A DNA stretch of 61,324 bases, counting the filler, from Fonticula-like sp. SCN 57-25 (Eukaryota), in the NCBI GenBank assembly GCA_001724245.1. It is 11 parts of 11 records of this genome, joined end to end, with 100 filler letters (N's around TTAATTAATTAA, not from the genome) between each part and the next. Parts side by side here need not be neighbours in the genome. Positions count along the whole stretch, not along the records: positions 27,658 to 33,077 come from MEDX01000578.1; positions 33,178 to 38,599 come from MEDX01000579.1; positions 38,700 to 44,105 come from MEDX01000580.1; 8 more parts are not named here. One strand, 5' to 3'. The position numbers were made by a program, and so were the translations under genes. Below are positions 29,007-40,367 of this stretch, piece by piece (within the stretch, counting starts at the first letter, position 1; every line of letters starts with the position of its first letter). The notes under the pieces were generated by a model. That model was not told where the DNA came from and ran no database searches. It was given only the letters and a program-made list of their open reading frames with translations.

Positions 29007-29584
29007 CGCGTGGGTGCAGGTCTGCGAGGTCACCACGAAATGTTGTGTCAGCGTTGTGCATCTGATGACAAAAATCGAACAAAACTACACTGACTTTCGT
29101 GCAATGGATATCGAGTGTAGACAATGCACGCGACTGTTATAACACTGCTTTCTCTGATGCTCTAATGCGTGGCTTCGGTTGTGACGGCTTTGGGTAAACA
29201 AACTGACTGCAGCGGAGGCGACGGAACGTGAAACGTGGGATATGTGCAGCTTGTGATGACTGTGTCAATGTTGCAATGGATTGCTGCAAAACGAGGTGTG
29301 CTGAATGAATTGATGCAAAGATATGTGTGCTGTGTATGTGGAGCATTTCGTTGGATACTTCGGATAAGTACGTCAATCAGAATACGGTATAAACCATTGA
29401 AATTATGAGTGTCGCAGAACATTACGACGCATCATCCCACAAAAGAAACTCGTCCGACAATACACTTAAATAAAGGAATTGCAGTAAATTAAACAGTGCG
29501 GCATTAGATATTTGCATATCTCACGACAAGAAAAGGAAACGGAAACAGTCAAGAGGGTTGTTAAAAGGTCAAAGGCTACCTACC

Positions 29585-30060
29585 GCCTTGCTATAACAGT
29601 GTGTCGGACTTGTATTGTGTGACAATGAGAAGGAGAAGTGACGAAAGAATGGTACAGCAAGCCAATTCCACGCTATTGGCACTATAACGGCTCGTTGGAG
29701 ATATGGTGCGAGGTGTGCGCGTTTGCCAGTTGGCGTGGGCGTCCTGCCTGAGAGCTGTATCGCGCGCTATTGGTCCTGCGTGTGAGCGTCTGATAAGGGC
29801 AGAACGTCTGTGTGTGTGAATGCGGGTCAACGACGGTGTTGACCTCGATTAAGGTGCGTCGTTAAGGACGATGATCGACCATCAAGGGGTCGGTGAATCC
29901 TAATTGATCGCGTATAGCGGTCGCTCATATCCCCGCGAGTACGCGTCTTAGAGCGGTGATCAAGGGTGCGTTCGAGAGCTCGCGACGAGACGAGTCGAGT
30001 GCCATGTACAACGGAGTGCGCCTCCGAGAGGAGTGTCTGGTAGGTGTGGCCGCGGTAGTT
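29585..30060 (-). repeat. Left arm of a ~480-bp diverged inverted repeat
   Basis: Its reverse complement aligns by eye with 31767-32241, e.g. GACTCGTCTCGTCGCGAGCTCTCGAACG vs GACTCGTCTCGTCACGAGCTCTCGAACG. Confidence 0.8.
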
Positions 30061-31766
30061 ATGTTCCTTACACCGATGCCAATCATGATTCAACAATATC
30101 TTCGTATGCTGTTAAAAAGAAAACACGACGCATTCAAGATTATTAATTAACACAGAATTTGATGTTGACAAGTAGTCAGCGCCGGGTTGGGCGCGGCAGT
30201 CATGGGTTTCAAAGTAGTTCAGCATTGAATGCTGTGCAAATGAAACGACTGCCTTCATGCACGACCAGCGTTCGACTTCTTACATGGCGATCTGCGCCGA
30301 TTTCACCACCGTCACGCCGACTGCTGCTGCTTTTTAGGTGAGGGTTGAAAGGTAGAAAGTCTAGCGCGACAGACAGAAATGCGCGAGCGCTCGACTGTGC
30401 GCTTGGCTACCGGGATCTGCGGGGCACAAGCGATTGCGCTGCATGTGTATTCACTGCGCAACGATGCAGCTGCACGGATGCGCATGTTTAAAGTATAAAA
30501 GAGAATAGTTGGCGTACCGTACTATACCTACTTGTTGAATAGCCCGAAAAATACCATCGTCACAAAAGCACAAGCGTTGTACGATCTTGTAAGACCTGCC
30601 GCAAAGGTGAGAGTCAAAAAAACGCGTACCTTGCGCCATTGTGAGAACAATTTAATTTACCAGTGTATTTCCCTCGCTACCTATGAAAATATTTCATGCG
30701 GTTCCGCGAACACAGTTGTGCGACGAGAGGGCAGAGACTACTGGCGCCCCTGCGTCGCAGGTAGTCGCAGGTAGGAACGATTTTCATTCTTTAAAAGGCG
30801 CTGAAAATGGACGTGGGTCACTTCCTCGCTTTGCTGGTCTCGATAGCTGAGCAGGTGGGTGTCGCAGAGAGATGAAATCAAGGTGCGTTCCGACACACGA
30901 GACAAGAGGGATGGATAGAGAGAATCTCGTTGGACGGCTAGGTGCTGCGCTGGCTCCCATGCTCGGTGCCAGGCGAGGAAGATGAGGATGGTTGTTGAAG
31001 GATTGGGCAAGTTTCGAAAAACAGCATATCAGCTGGGTTTTTGGAAATAGTCAACGAGAGGGACTAGAGTGTGAGGTAAAAGAGAGCAACAAATTAACGA
31101 TACTGGCAAACGGTCTTTCAGCGGACAGAGACGCACTTGGGGTTGGGTAACCGAAGGGTCAAGCAGAGTTTCTCATGGCAGGCGCTGCATACTTCTCCGT
31201 TTGGAATATCGACTAGAGCGTTATTGTTTCTCATCTGATATTGCAATGGAATCCACACCAGGAACAGTGATTGTCCAATCATTTGCGGTCTATGCAAAAA
31301 CGAACGATCCAATTGGCAAGGGGCTTGACCAGAGGTCAGATCCCATTGGCATGGATCAAATTTCGACTCACGGAGCAACCCCGGCTTTTTGGCGACTCAC
31401 TCTGCCTTCCCACGCCCACTGCCAGGGACATTGAACGGCTTGTAGACCACCACGACGGACCGGCCCGGGTTTCGCGGTGCGCTCGGTGAGTTTTCAAGAG
31501 TCGGAATCCATTAACTACTGACTGCTGCATCGCCCCTTAACTTTTCGGGCAAGGAATAGAGGCTCTCAGCCCTATTCACCACTCCTCCCGCAACCAGATA
31601 CAGCTGGGCACCACAGACGTCGAGCCTCTGTCTTTTTGCAGAGGCCTGCTGCAAAGCTGCTACCCTAAAAATGCTTTTACGTCGGGCCCGACATCAAGTA
31701 TCGACACAGCACATATAAAATTATGTTGGGAGAACCTTGTTTTTTTGATTTTTTGAAAGTGCAGCG

Positions 31767-32241
31767 AACTACACCTACCGGCCACATCTAACAGGCACTC
31801 TTCTCGGAGGTGCAACTTCGCCGTGCATGGCATCACTTGACTCGTCTCGTCACGAGCTCTCGAACGACCCCTCAACCATCGCTCTACGACAAGTATTCGC
31901 GGAGATATGAGTACCCGCAACTCATGGTCAAATTAAATCACCATCCGATTCCGTCACTGTCGACCATAGGCCCAGGCGACGCCCCTCGATCGAGTCAACA
32001 CCATCGCTGACGCGCACACGCGCACACACCTGCCGCTTGTCAGTCGTAGGACCGATAGCGCGCACTACAGCTGGCTGGCGGATGCCCACGCCAATAGGAC
32101 AACGTACACGCCTCGCACCTAATCTCCGACTGGTCGAGCCCTTTGCATTAATAGGTAGAATTTGCCTCGTGGCACTGTTCTTTCTTGTGTTTTTTCCTTT
32201 GCGACTCAATATCCGTAAGCTCGGGCACACCGTCACAAGGC
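31767..32241 (+). repeat. Right arm of the ~480-bp diverged inverted repeat
   Basis: Collinear match to the reverse complement of 29585-30060, including CGACGC..ATCGAG.TCAACACC.TCG.TGAC and GCCCACGCCAA..CCTCGCACC blocks. Confidence 0.8.
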
Positions 32242-33177
32242 TATCATTTCAAGACCCCATAATTGCCCCCTCGTACACCTGCACGGGAATTTGTCCATTT
32301 CGCCGACTACTTTGCACGCGAGATAGAGACTGCCACCATTCCATCCATCTGTCACCATTGCACACTTATGTCATCATTCTTTCCTCTTCGTATATTCCTT
32401 TGTACCTGTCATCTCCTTGTCTTCGTTTTTGCTCTCTTGCCTCACGTTGAGCCCTACTCTGCAAGTCAATAAACATCTACAACCTCAGCAAGGTTTACCT
32501 CGTCCTTCATCACTGGCGTCCATCCGTGGCGATGCTGAACTATCTGAAGCATTTCATCCACATGATTTATATGCATCCGCTCGAAGATTTCGTTCCTTTC
32601 TGTTGCAGCCTTACTACAATTGGGATCGCTTTTACAAATGAATCAGTCACTGTAGCAGACTGCAATGTCGACAGAGTCAAAATCCAACGCGCTCACGCTG
32701 ATTTATGACCGTTGGCAGGATGAATCCACTCGTACACTTTTTCCTTTCTGGTTCATTAGGCATTGAGAATCGCAGAGCCCAACGAAGGAGAGAGTAGCCG
32801 TCAACCACAGTTGTGGGAATGTAATAAGATCCCCATCAAGGTGCATAGTAAGTGTTAAAAAGTATTATTTGGCATACACGACAACACAATCATGCATCGT
32901 ATCATCACGCAGAAACACAAAAACGCCCAACTTTAACTGTTGGACAAAACGAAACGATCAAAGGCACGATGACGCGTTAAACTGAGGCCGACGAATAATC
33001 ACTGGATGACGCAGCAGGACGAGTTGGCCTTCTTGGCTGTTGTATAGAAAGTCTTGGATTGCATGCTAAGGTCTTCGNNNNNNNNNNNNNNNNNNNNNNN
33101 NNNNNNNNNNNNNNNNNNNNNTTAATTAATTAANNNNNNNNNNNNNNNNNNNNNNNNNNNNNNNNNNNNNNNNNNNN

Positions 33178-33300
33178 ACGAACGCGGCAGCAGCAGTCTC
33201 AGCAACGACAATCGCGGCAACAACGAACGCGGCAGCAGCAGTCTCAGCAACGACAACAACGAACGCGGCAGCAGTAGTCTCAGCAGCAGCAATCGCGACG
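33178..33300 (+). repeat. Coding tandem repeat (ERGSSSLSN-like, three copies)
   Basis: ACGAACGCGGCAGCAG(C/T)AGTCTCAGCA occurs three times, in frame with the helicase. Confidence 0.8.
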
Positions 33301-36300
33301 AAAACAATTGCGGTAACGGAGTAATTGTTGCGAAAGCTTGTGACAGCTCGGCAGCTCTGGTTGCGAACGCCAAACGTCAACTGACAATTGTTCGCGAAGC
33401 TGTCTCCATGAAGTACTTTGGCCCTTCTTCACACTTGCGCGGTAAAGATCGTACCGAACTGCAAACACACTTTGAAGATTATGAAAAGGAGCTTGACAAA
33501 CGCAGTGCAAATGCTCATAGCGCCGATATTAAAGATGAAGAACTTGTGCGTTACCTTCGGCGCGAGGCAAGTCTGTTGTTGCGGGAGCATGCTGTTCGCT
33601 GGCATCGCAAAGATATTGAAGGCGCAGTGCTGAACAACGATATTGTCATCATTACTGGTGCCCCGGGCTGTGGCAAAAGCACACAGGTGCCCATCTTCGT
33701 CTCCGAACTTGACTGCATGAAAGACAAAATCGTGCTGTGCACGCAGCCGTACCGTATGGCGGCAGATGAGCTGTCAAAGTACGTGCGTAACATCTACAAC
33801 GGTTACTGTCATCGAGTTTATGAGCAGTTAAAGAGCGTAACTCAGCCGGAATATTGGGATCAACTTCGCGCCTGCAACGAAATCACGCTTGCTGGGGCTC
33901 AAGCTTTCGACGGGTCTTCAGGCGTGGCGCTTCTTGACACCGCATGTAAGGGTGCAAAAGACAAAACGCGCATTGCTTACGCGTCAGAGGTCAATGTAAT
34001 TAATGCGTACCGCATAGCGCGAGAAAACTTTACCCACAACAAGCTGGGTGACAAAAACGCCCTTGTACCGGACGCCTCTGTGGGCTGTCTGGTACTTGAT
34101 GAGGCACATACACGCTCAGTTGAAAGTGACATTTTGCTGTCACTCGTCCTTGAAGCTGTGTTTGCGGGCATCAAAGTTGTCATCATGTCAGCTACCATAA
34201 ACTCAGAAGCCCTTGAGGATTACTTCTTTCACTGGAACAATGACAACAAAAGCACCTCACTTCTTGTGAAGACAGTTCACATTACAGACAAGCGCAACTG
34301 GGTTGATGTTCAGTATAAGCCGCCTCTTGTGTCCTTTGCAGCACATACGCTTGCGAACTCGGTGGTGCACACTATTAGTGACTGTTTGCAAGGCAACCTC
34401 TGCGGACCGCTGACGGGCAACGTGCTTGTGTTCTTGCCAACAGACAATCATGTCGAGCAAGCAAAGAACCTGCTTGAGATATCTTTTTCTGCGCGTATAA
34501 TGCCCTACAACGCAAGTTTTAGGACTGTCACCTTGACTGACGCTGACGCCAGGTTAAAACCTGCGGAAAATCTCAGCGCAATTAATAATCACGCCAACAA
34601 ACACTGCGACTACCAGCGTGAAAACTGGCACAATGATGGTGGTGCGTTTGCAGCCCGAGGCCCAAAGTTTATCGTGTATCTGGCAACCGAGTTTGCTGAG
34701 ACATCATTAACAATTGACGGTGTCACTGTGGTCATCGACTCCGGACTGCGCTCGGCCAGCAACTTTAATCCTAAGACAAACCTTGTAGAAATCACGTTGA
34801 AGCCCATCTCGAAGGCCTCTGCCTAGCAGCGCATAGGACGTGCAGGTCGCACGCGTCCGGGACACTGTGTACGCCTATACAGCGAAGCTACGCTGAAGAA
34901 CTTTGCTGAATTCAACGTTCCAGCAGTCTTGTGTCAACCGCTGCAAAACACTGTGCTGTGCTTAGCGTCGTTACGCAAAGAGCCAGACGAATTTCAGTGG
35001 TTTGACGAGCCGCCACCGGAGTTGGTGCAAAAAGCGCGTGATGATCTCGTTGAACTTAAGGCCATTGACATAAAACCTTTCAAGGCAAAAGATTTGGGTA
35101 AGTTGAGTGTCGAAACCGGCTGTCCTATTAATCTCACTAAAGTTGTGGACGAAGGTCGCAGACTCAAGGGTGTTGAATTTGGCGTCGCTGTTGCTGCTGC
35201 TCTCCACTTTGTCCACATCTCCAATGCTTCTTGCGAATTAAATGTTGGTGCTGAAAGTACTGACAACTTCAGCAGCAGTCGTTCGTCGGTCAATGTTGAC
35301 GCACTTTGTGTGCGTGCAATCTTGACCTGGTGTAGGTTGCCGCAGTCGCAGAAGGCATCATTCAAAACGTCAAATCTAAAGCACTATTTTGAGCGTGCAT
35401 GTAACTGGTTTAATCACACGCTCGAGGCATTTTACCGTAAAATGCCAGATTGGCGCAAAGACTCCTGTCAGGCCGGCGACATTGTTGGTTTTGATGATGA
35501 TGACGTGTTTCGCTGCATTACAGCTGGATATTTTATGCATGCAATCTACGAGCTTAGCGACGATGAAGTTATGAAATCGTATCCTTACGCCCATTATGCG
35601 AGTACTCGCAGTGGCGAAATCCTTGTTGCCGCGAGCAATAAGTCACAAGTAGTACCTGCTCACAAAGAAAGAAAGTGGGCATTATATGTGTCTGCACACT
35701 CTTTCGACGGTCAGTGCATCATCACTGCGCCGCCTGTCCCTATCAAGCTTGAGTGGATTAAAAATCACAGCTAGGATTTCTACAAAAAGTGCGAAGAACT
35801 AGAGAAAACTACTGTTGGTATGAAAAGCACATTCTGCTCACTGCGTGTTGGCGAAGCAGACATACTGTTTCCAAAGGCGACTGATCGTGGAGACTTTGAA
35901 AAATCGTTTGAGTGTACCGTGGTTACAGGGGCAACTTTTGCAATTGTACGAGCACCTAAAGCTGATGACAAGGCTTCTCTCGCGTTTGCCCGGTTTGAAG
36001 AGCTGCGCAAGGCTATGCACAGGCGCAGTCTTGCCTAGAGTCGTCATATCGGCATAGGAGAAAAGCTGGTGGTGCTCTGCGACGACGGTTTTGAAGTGCA
36101 CGGAATTTTGCGCGATGGTGAATCTGCTACGGTCACTGTGCCGTACAATTCAAAGGTTGATGGTCTCGAGTACCAACACGACTCTATTGTACGCGACGCT
36201 TGTCTACCAATGGACTGTGACACATTGGTATTGAGTATCATATTGGTTGATGGCGACGAGTGTGAAGGTTACAGCAAAATGGCAAGGCTGATCTGCAAAT

Positions 36301-37784
36301 CCAAGGAGGATGCGGATCGCGTGCTTGCCAAACTGAGCAAGAATAGAACTGATGGTCGTCCTCTCACAATCGATGCCACAACGCCATCTGTTATAATCAT
36401 CCCGCTTAACAAAGAAAGCGCCTGTGGGATTGAAGTGACATCATATCCCAATGTAAGCGAGAAACATTGGACTTCGTCACGCGATTTCGAGCTGCCGCCT
36501 GCATTTGAGTCCGATAGCTTCAAGATACTTGCGCGAGCTGCTGATCGTGTCAAATCTAAGCAGTACGCGTTCATCGAAGGCAATGTTAATGTTTCTATCA
36601 AAGATTCCTCCAATTCTAAACATTAGTATGGGGGCGATCTCTCTCAGGTTTCATGCACGCTGCTCCAGATTGTACTACCAACTGCCGTAGGAAACTCGAT
36701 GTGGGATGAGATTCGGGATGATTTGCGTCAGTTTGCTGGGAATAATGTTTAGTACACTATTTTGCGTGCAGAGACAGCTGAAAAATGCATCGATAATTTC
36801 ACACTTCTTGTTGCGGTTTATGGCGATGTTGAAGAACGTGGCCAGAATGTTAAACTTGTCCAGAATTATTTCGGGAATAAGTTGACATATGTTTCCCATC
36901 GCATCAATCACGGCTTTCCATGCTTCAGCAGTTTTACTGGAAAGCGTCGCCTTGATCAGCTGTTCAGGAAGCATCGCTGCAAGAAAACGGCGGCGAGTAT
37001 GATCGAAGCCAATGATGCAAACAAGAACAAGCACATCACTCACGGGGAATGGAGGTCAACGCTGCCGGTTTGGGCTTGTGTTAACAACGAAAAAAACTCA
37101 ATTGATATGTATGGCAGTGACGAAAGTTGCGCTATGTTACGCAAAGATATCGAAAACTTTGAGGCGGAAATTGTTAAGTACACGAGGCGTTACATCGACC
37201 ATCGCATCAAGATCAAGACAACTGTTGCATATAAGAAAGTTAAAAAACTTATCCGAAACAGCGAGATTAAATTTTTTTGCTCTGAACCATCACATAATGG
37301 TAAAAGTTACATCGTCTACGTCTCAGGCTTCTTCAGACAGATTGCCAAGCTAAAGAAGATGCTGAGGCCGCATCTCGAAAAATCAAAGAAAATGGATTAC
37401 CGTACGCGCAACTCATGCTTTTGCTGTGGAGCTATTGTGTCCGACTCCAACCATGGCATGTGCTCAAGTGTGTGTGGCCACGTTGTTTGTTACATTTGCC
37501 TTTCTTCGAGTGTTATCAAAAAACTACGGCATAACGGCTGCAGGTGTTGCGCGCCGAAGTGCAACGAGAAGCTTCCGCTCAGCGACATCCCTTTCATCGC
37601 ATTCATCGCCGACGAACTTAAGGCAATTCTTAAATGCAGTTATGACAATTTTGAGTCTCAGCCTCAAGAAAAATGTGTCGTCAGGTGCCCCACAAAGGAT
37701 GGCTCCGAGCTGCAGCGCGCAGAGTCGCTTGCCAGCGCCCCAAGTATGTCGAAAGGGGAGGAGGAAGAAGAGGAGGACAAGTGA
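33180..37784 (+). CDS. DEAH-box RNA helicase with a C-terminal RING finger (DEAH11/12-like architecture); five in-frame TAG codons apparently read as sense; 5'-truncated
   Basis: One frame of 1534 codons with GAPGCGKST, LDEAH, MSAT, LVFLP, ATEFAETSLTIDGV and ASA*QRIGRAGR, then RING CFCC..CGHVVCYIC..C.APKC. TAG at 34824, 35772, 36036, 36624 and 36750; terminal TGA at 37782 with a second TGA at 37788. Confidence 0.9.
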
Positions 37785-38699
37785 CGTTGACCACGACGCG
37801 CAAGGTGCGACAGGAATGGAAAGTATCATCAGCGTGCTTAACTATATCACTTCGCCGCGGATTGGAAGAAAATCGCGCGATGATTGTGAGCTCCAATGAG
37901 AAGCAAACTACTAGCGCGTAACAACTGTTTGAAGCTGTGCGCGAATCCTGATCGGTTTACTAAGTTAGTTGTCTTAGTATTGCAGGAGATACGTCTTGTC
38001 AAGCCGCCTTGATTTCAATGTTTTTTTCCTGTCAAACTGCATATTATTAAAACTATGTGAAAAATTAGTTATTTTTGTCAATTTTATTGCACCGTTGTTT
38101 TCATCAATACATGACATATGTACTGAAATACATTTTACGATCCCCAACCGCAACTGATGGAGGGGCATGTTCCAAACGACTAAAACATCACTTGACGACA
38201 CATTAATGTCATCCTTCATGAGATTATTGTTGGCTATCATATTTAATCTCTAGTATTCACGCGAATATTGAACCCTCGCTGTCTTTTTCCTTGGTGAAGC
38301 TTGTGTATATGCTCGATTAGTGATTGTTCGCGATCCACCACAATTTTTTTCGTAAGAGTAACTATCATGTATTACGCAATCATGAAGAGTGACGTACGCT
38401 TTAAAACGCGCATATATCATATGAAGAACATATTAGTATCTTATGACAGAACTTAATTAAAATGGAGCGTTGTCTTGACCACAGCGCTTCGTACAAAGTA
38501 CATAACCCCTATGTAGCGTCAACTAAAAAACGCGATTTCGCGCTTTTTTTGCGACTTTGGCGCACTTTCGTAGAAGTTATCAAACTACGTGGTTTATTTN
38601 NNNNNNNNNNNNNNNNNNNNNNNNNNNNNNNNNNNNNNNNNNNTTAATTAATTAANNNNNNNNNNNNNNNNNNNNNNNNNNNNNNNNNNNNNNNNNNNN

Positions 38700-39320
38700 C
38701 GCCACGGGGCAGGACTGGCGCGCCATCGAGGCGGCCGCGCACGCGTACGTGGCCGTCAGGGGAGGCGGGGCGTACGGGCCGCTCGCGCGGTACCGCATCG
38801 AGCAGGAAGGTGGTGAAGAGTTTCTCTGCGGCGAGATTGAGCTGCCGCTCGCGGTCGGGACAAAGGGGGGGGCGCTGCATAGCAACCCGACGTACGCGTT
38901 TGCATTGGGGATTCTCGGAAATCCAGACTGCAAGACATTAGCAATGGTGCGCAAAAAGTTGAATGTGGTTCATGTGATGTGATGACGATGAAGATATATT
39001 GGTGTCTAGAATGAATGCTGTTGTGGTCTGTCTGAGTGCTTAAAGTGTGTTTCACGTGTCAATTATGTTCTCTTTACATTTTTCCCCCTTCTAACCATGC
39101 GCAGATTATGGCGTGCGTCGGCCTGGCTCAAAACTTTGCCGCGCTTCGTGCGCTGTCGCTCGAAGGCATCCAGCGCGGCCACATGGCGCTGCACGCGCGC
39201 AACATTGCCATCGCCGCCGGGTCGCCGCCCGAGCTCGTCGCGCAGGTGCAGGCTTTCCTTGTCGCGAGCAAGACGGTCAGCGTGCAGGCGGCAAAGGACT
39301 ACCTCGCGTCGTTAAAGTAA
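38700..39320 (+). CDS. Class II (bacterial-type) HMG-CoA reductase, C-terminal part, with a spliceosomal intron
   Basis: [26 protein letters not shown] and [29 protein letters not shown]; intron 38947-39104 (GTGCGC..CTAAC..CAG). Confidence 0.9.
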
Positions 39321-39476
39321 AGGTTTTGGGGCAGAGTCGGGTGAAAATCAATGTATTATAGCAATAAAGAGGCGACAGTGGCGCAGACGCGTCACTGAAG
39401 GTTTCTATCAAAAATGACACACAAATGTACACGAAATAGTTTAAAATAATGTGCTTTTGGTGATGGTCACGCATCC

Positions 39477-40205
39477 TCAAAGGACGCGCAGCTTGACGAT
39501 GGGCGATGCCGGGTTGATCCCCGAGAGCGGCCTGTGGTTCCGCTCCCTCAACGCGCGAAACATCTCTGCCTGTGAGTGGAAAGCGACCTTGTAGGCCGAC
39601 TTTTCCGGCGTGAGCGCGCTGACCGGGTAGCGATCCTTGAGCTTGAACCCGCGAAAGAAGCGCAGAATATCCTTGTAGTCGATCACGCCCGCGTCCCAGA
39701 GCACGAGCGCGTTCTCTGTCACGGCAACACTGCGGCTCGTCGTGCTCTGCAGGTTGATCGGGCTGACCGTCCACGCGTGCAGCCGCTGGCCAAAGAGGCT
39801 CCGCCCATGGAACGCCTTGACGACATCCCGCGCGGTCGCCTCAGAATCCAGCTCGACAAACCACCGCCCGGTCCGGTTGTAGTGCGGCGTCCGCGACTCG
39901 AGCAGCGAAAGTACTTGGCCGGGGAACTCGGCAGAGATCGCGCGGCGAACATCGATCGAGTTGCAAAACGGATTCACAAAGCGGATCGACACGACATTCG
40001 ATGCCCGGCGGTACAGCCGCTCGGGGACATCGGACTGCGGCATCGCGCGAGCGGGGGACGAGCTCGGCGGCGGATCAAGCTCGGCTTCATCCTCGTCGGG
40101 CTTCATCATGTGGTCGAGCGCCTGCGTCGGGTCCAGCGCGCCCGCTGCAGAGCTCAGCGCGCGGCTGCCGCATGCGCTGCGCGCGAGGCCCCGCCACACC
40201 AGCAT
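39477..40205 (-). CDS. Putative mitochondrial protein with two RRM-like folds
   Basis: Arg/Ser/Ala-rich presequence; TGRWFVELDSEATARDVVKAFHGRSLFG; AYKVAFHSQAEMFRALRERNH. Confidence 0.55.
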   Translation of the reverse strand: MLVWRGLARSACGSRALSSAAGALDPTQALDHMMKPDEDEAELDPPPSSSPARAMPQSDVPERLYRRASNVVSIRFVNPFCNSIDVRRAISAEFPGQVLSLLESRTPHYNRTGRWFVELDSEATARDVVKAFHGRSLFGQRLHAWTVSPINLQSTTSRSVAVTENALVLWDAGVIDYKDILRFFRGFKLKDRYPVSALTPEKSAYKVAFHSQAEMFRALRERNHRPLSGINPASPIVKLRVL

Positions 40206-40367
40206 CGTGACACGGGGGTGTGCTACCCATCCAAATCTACGGGGGATCGTTTATGGTCTACCCGGTGAGAGGCGGCTGTCAAGCTTTCACTGCTCTGCGT
40301 GCTTTTTATTGCTTTATTCTGCCGCCTTGTGCGCGCTGCAACAGTGCAGAAATACACAAAGAGTATA

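Noticed and set aside
30061-31766. Short ORFs in the spacer of the inverted repeat
   Set aside because: No recognisable domain or consistent splice structure; cannot be called as genes.
33178-33300. Repeat units at the start of contig 7 as a CRISPR-like array
   Set aside because: No unique spacers of uniform length; the repeats are in frame and encode a Ser/Asn-rich low-complexity segment.
34824-36752. Helicase as a simple pseudogene, or TAG fixed by A-to-I editing to Trp, or pyrrolysine
   Set aside because: Disfavoured, not excluded. Five identical stops with no frameshift, TAA or TGA, and intact motifs, are unlike random decay. Trp fits poorly before motif VI, and pyrrolysine is not known in eukaryotic nuclear genes.
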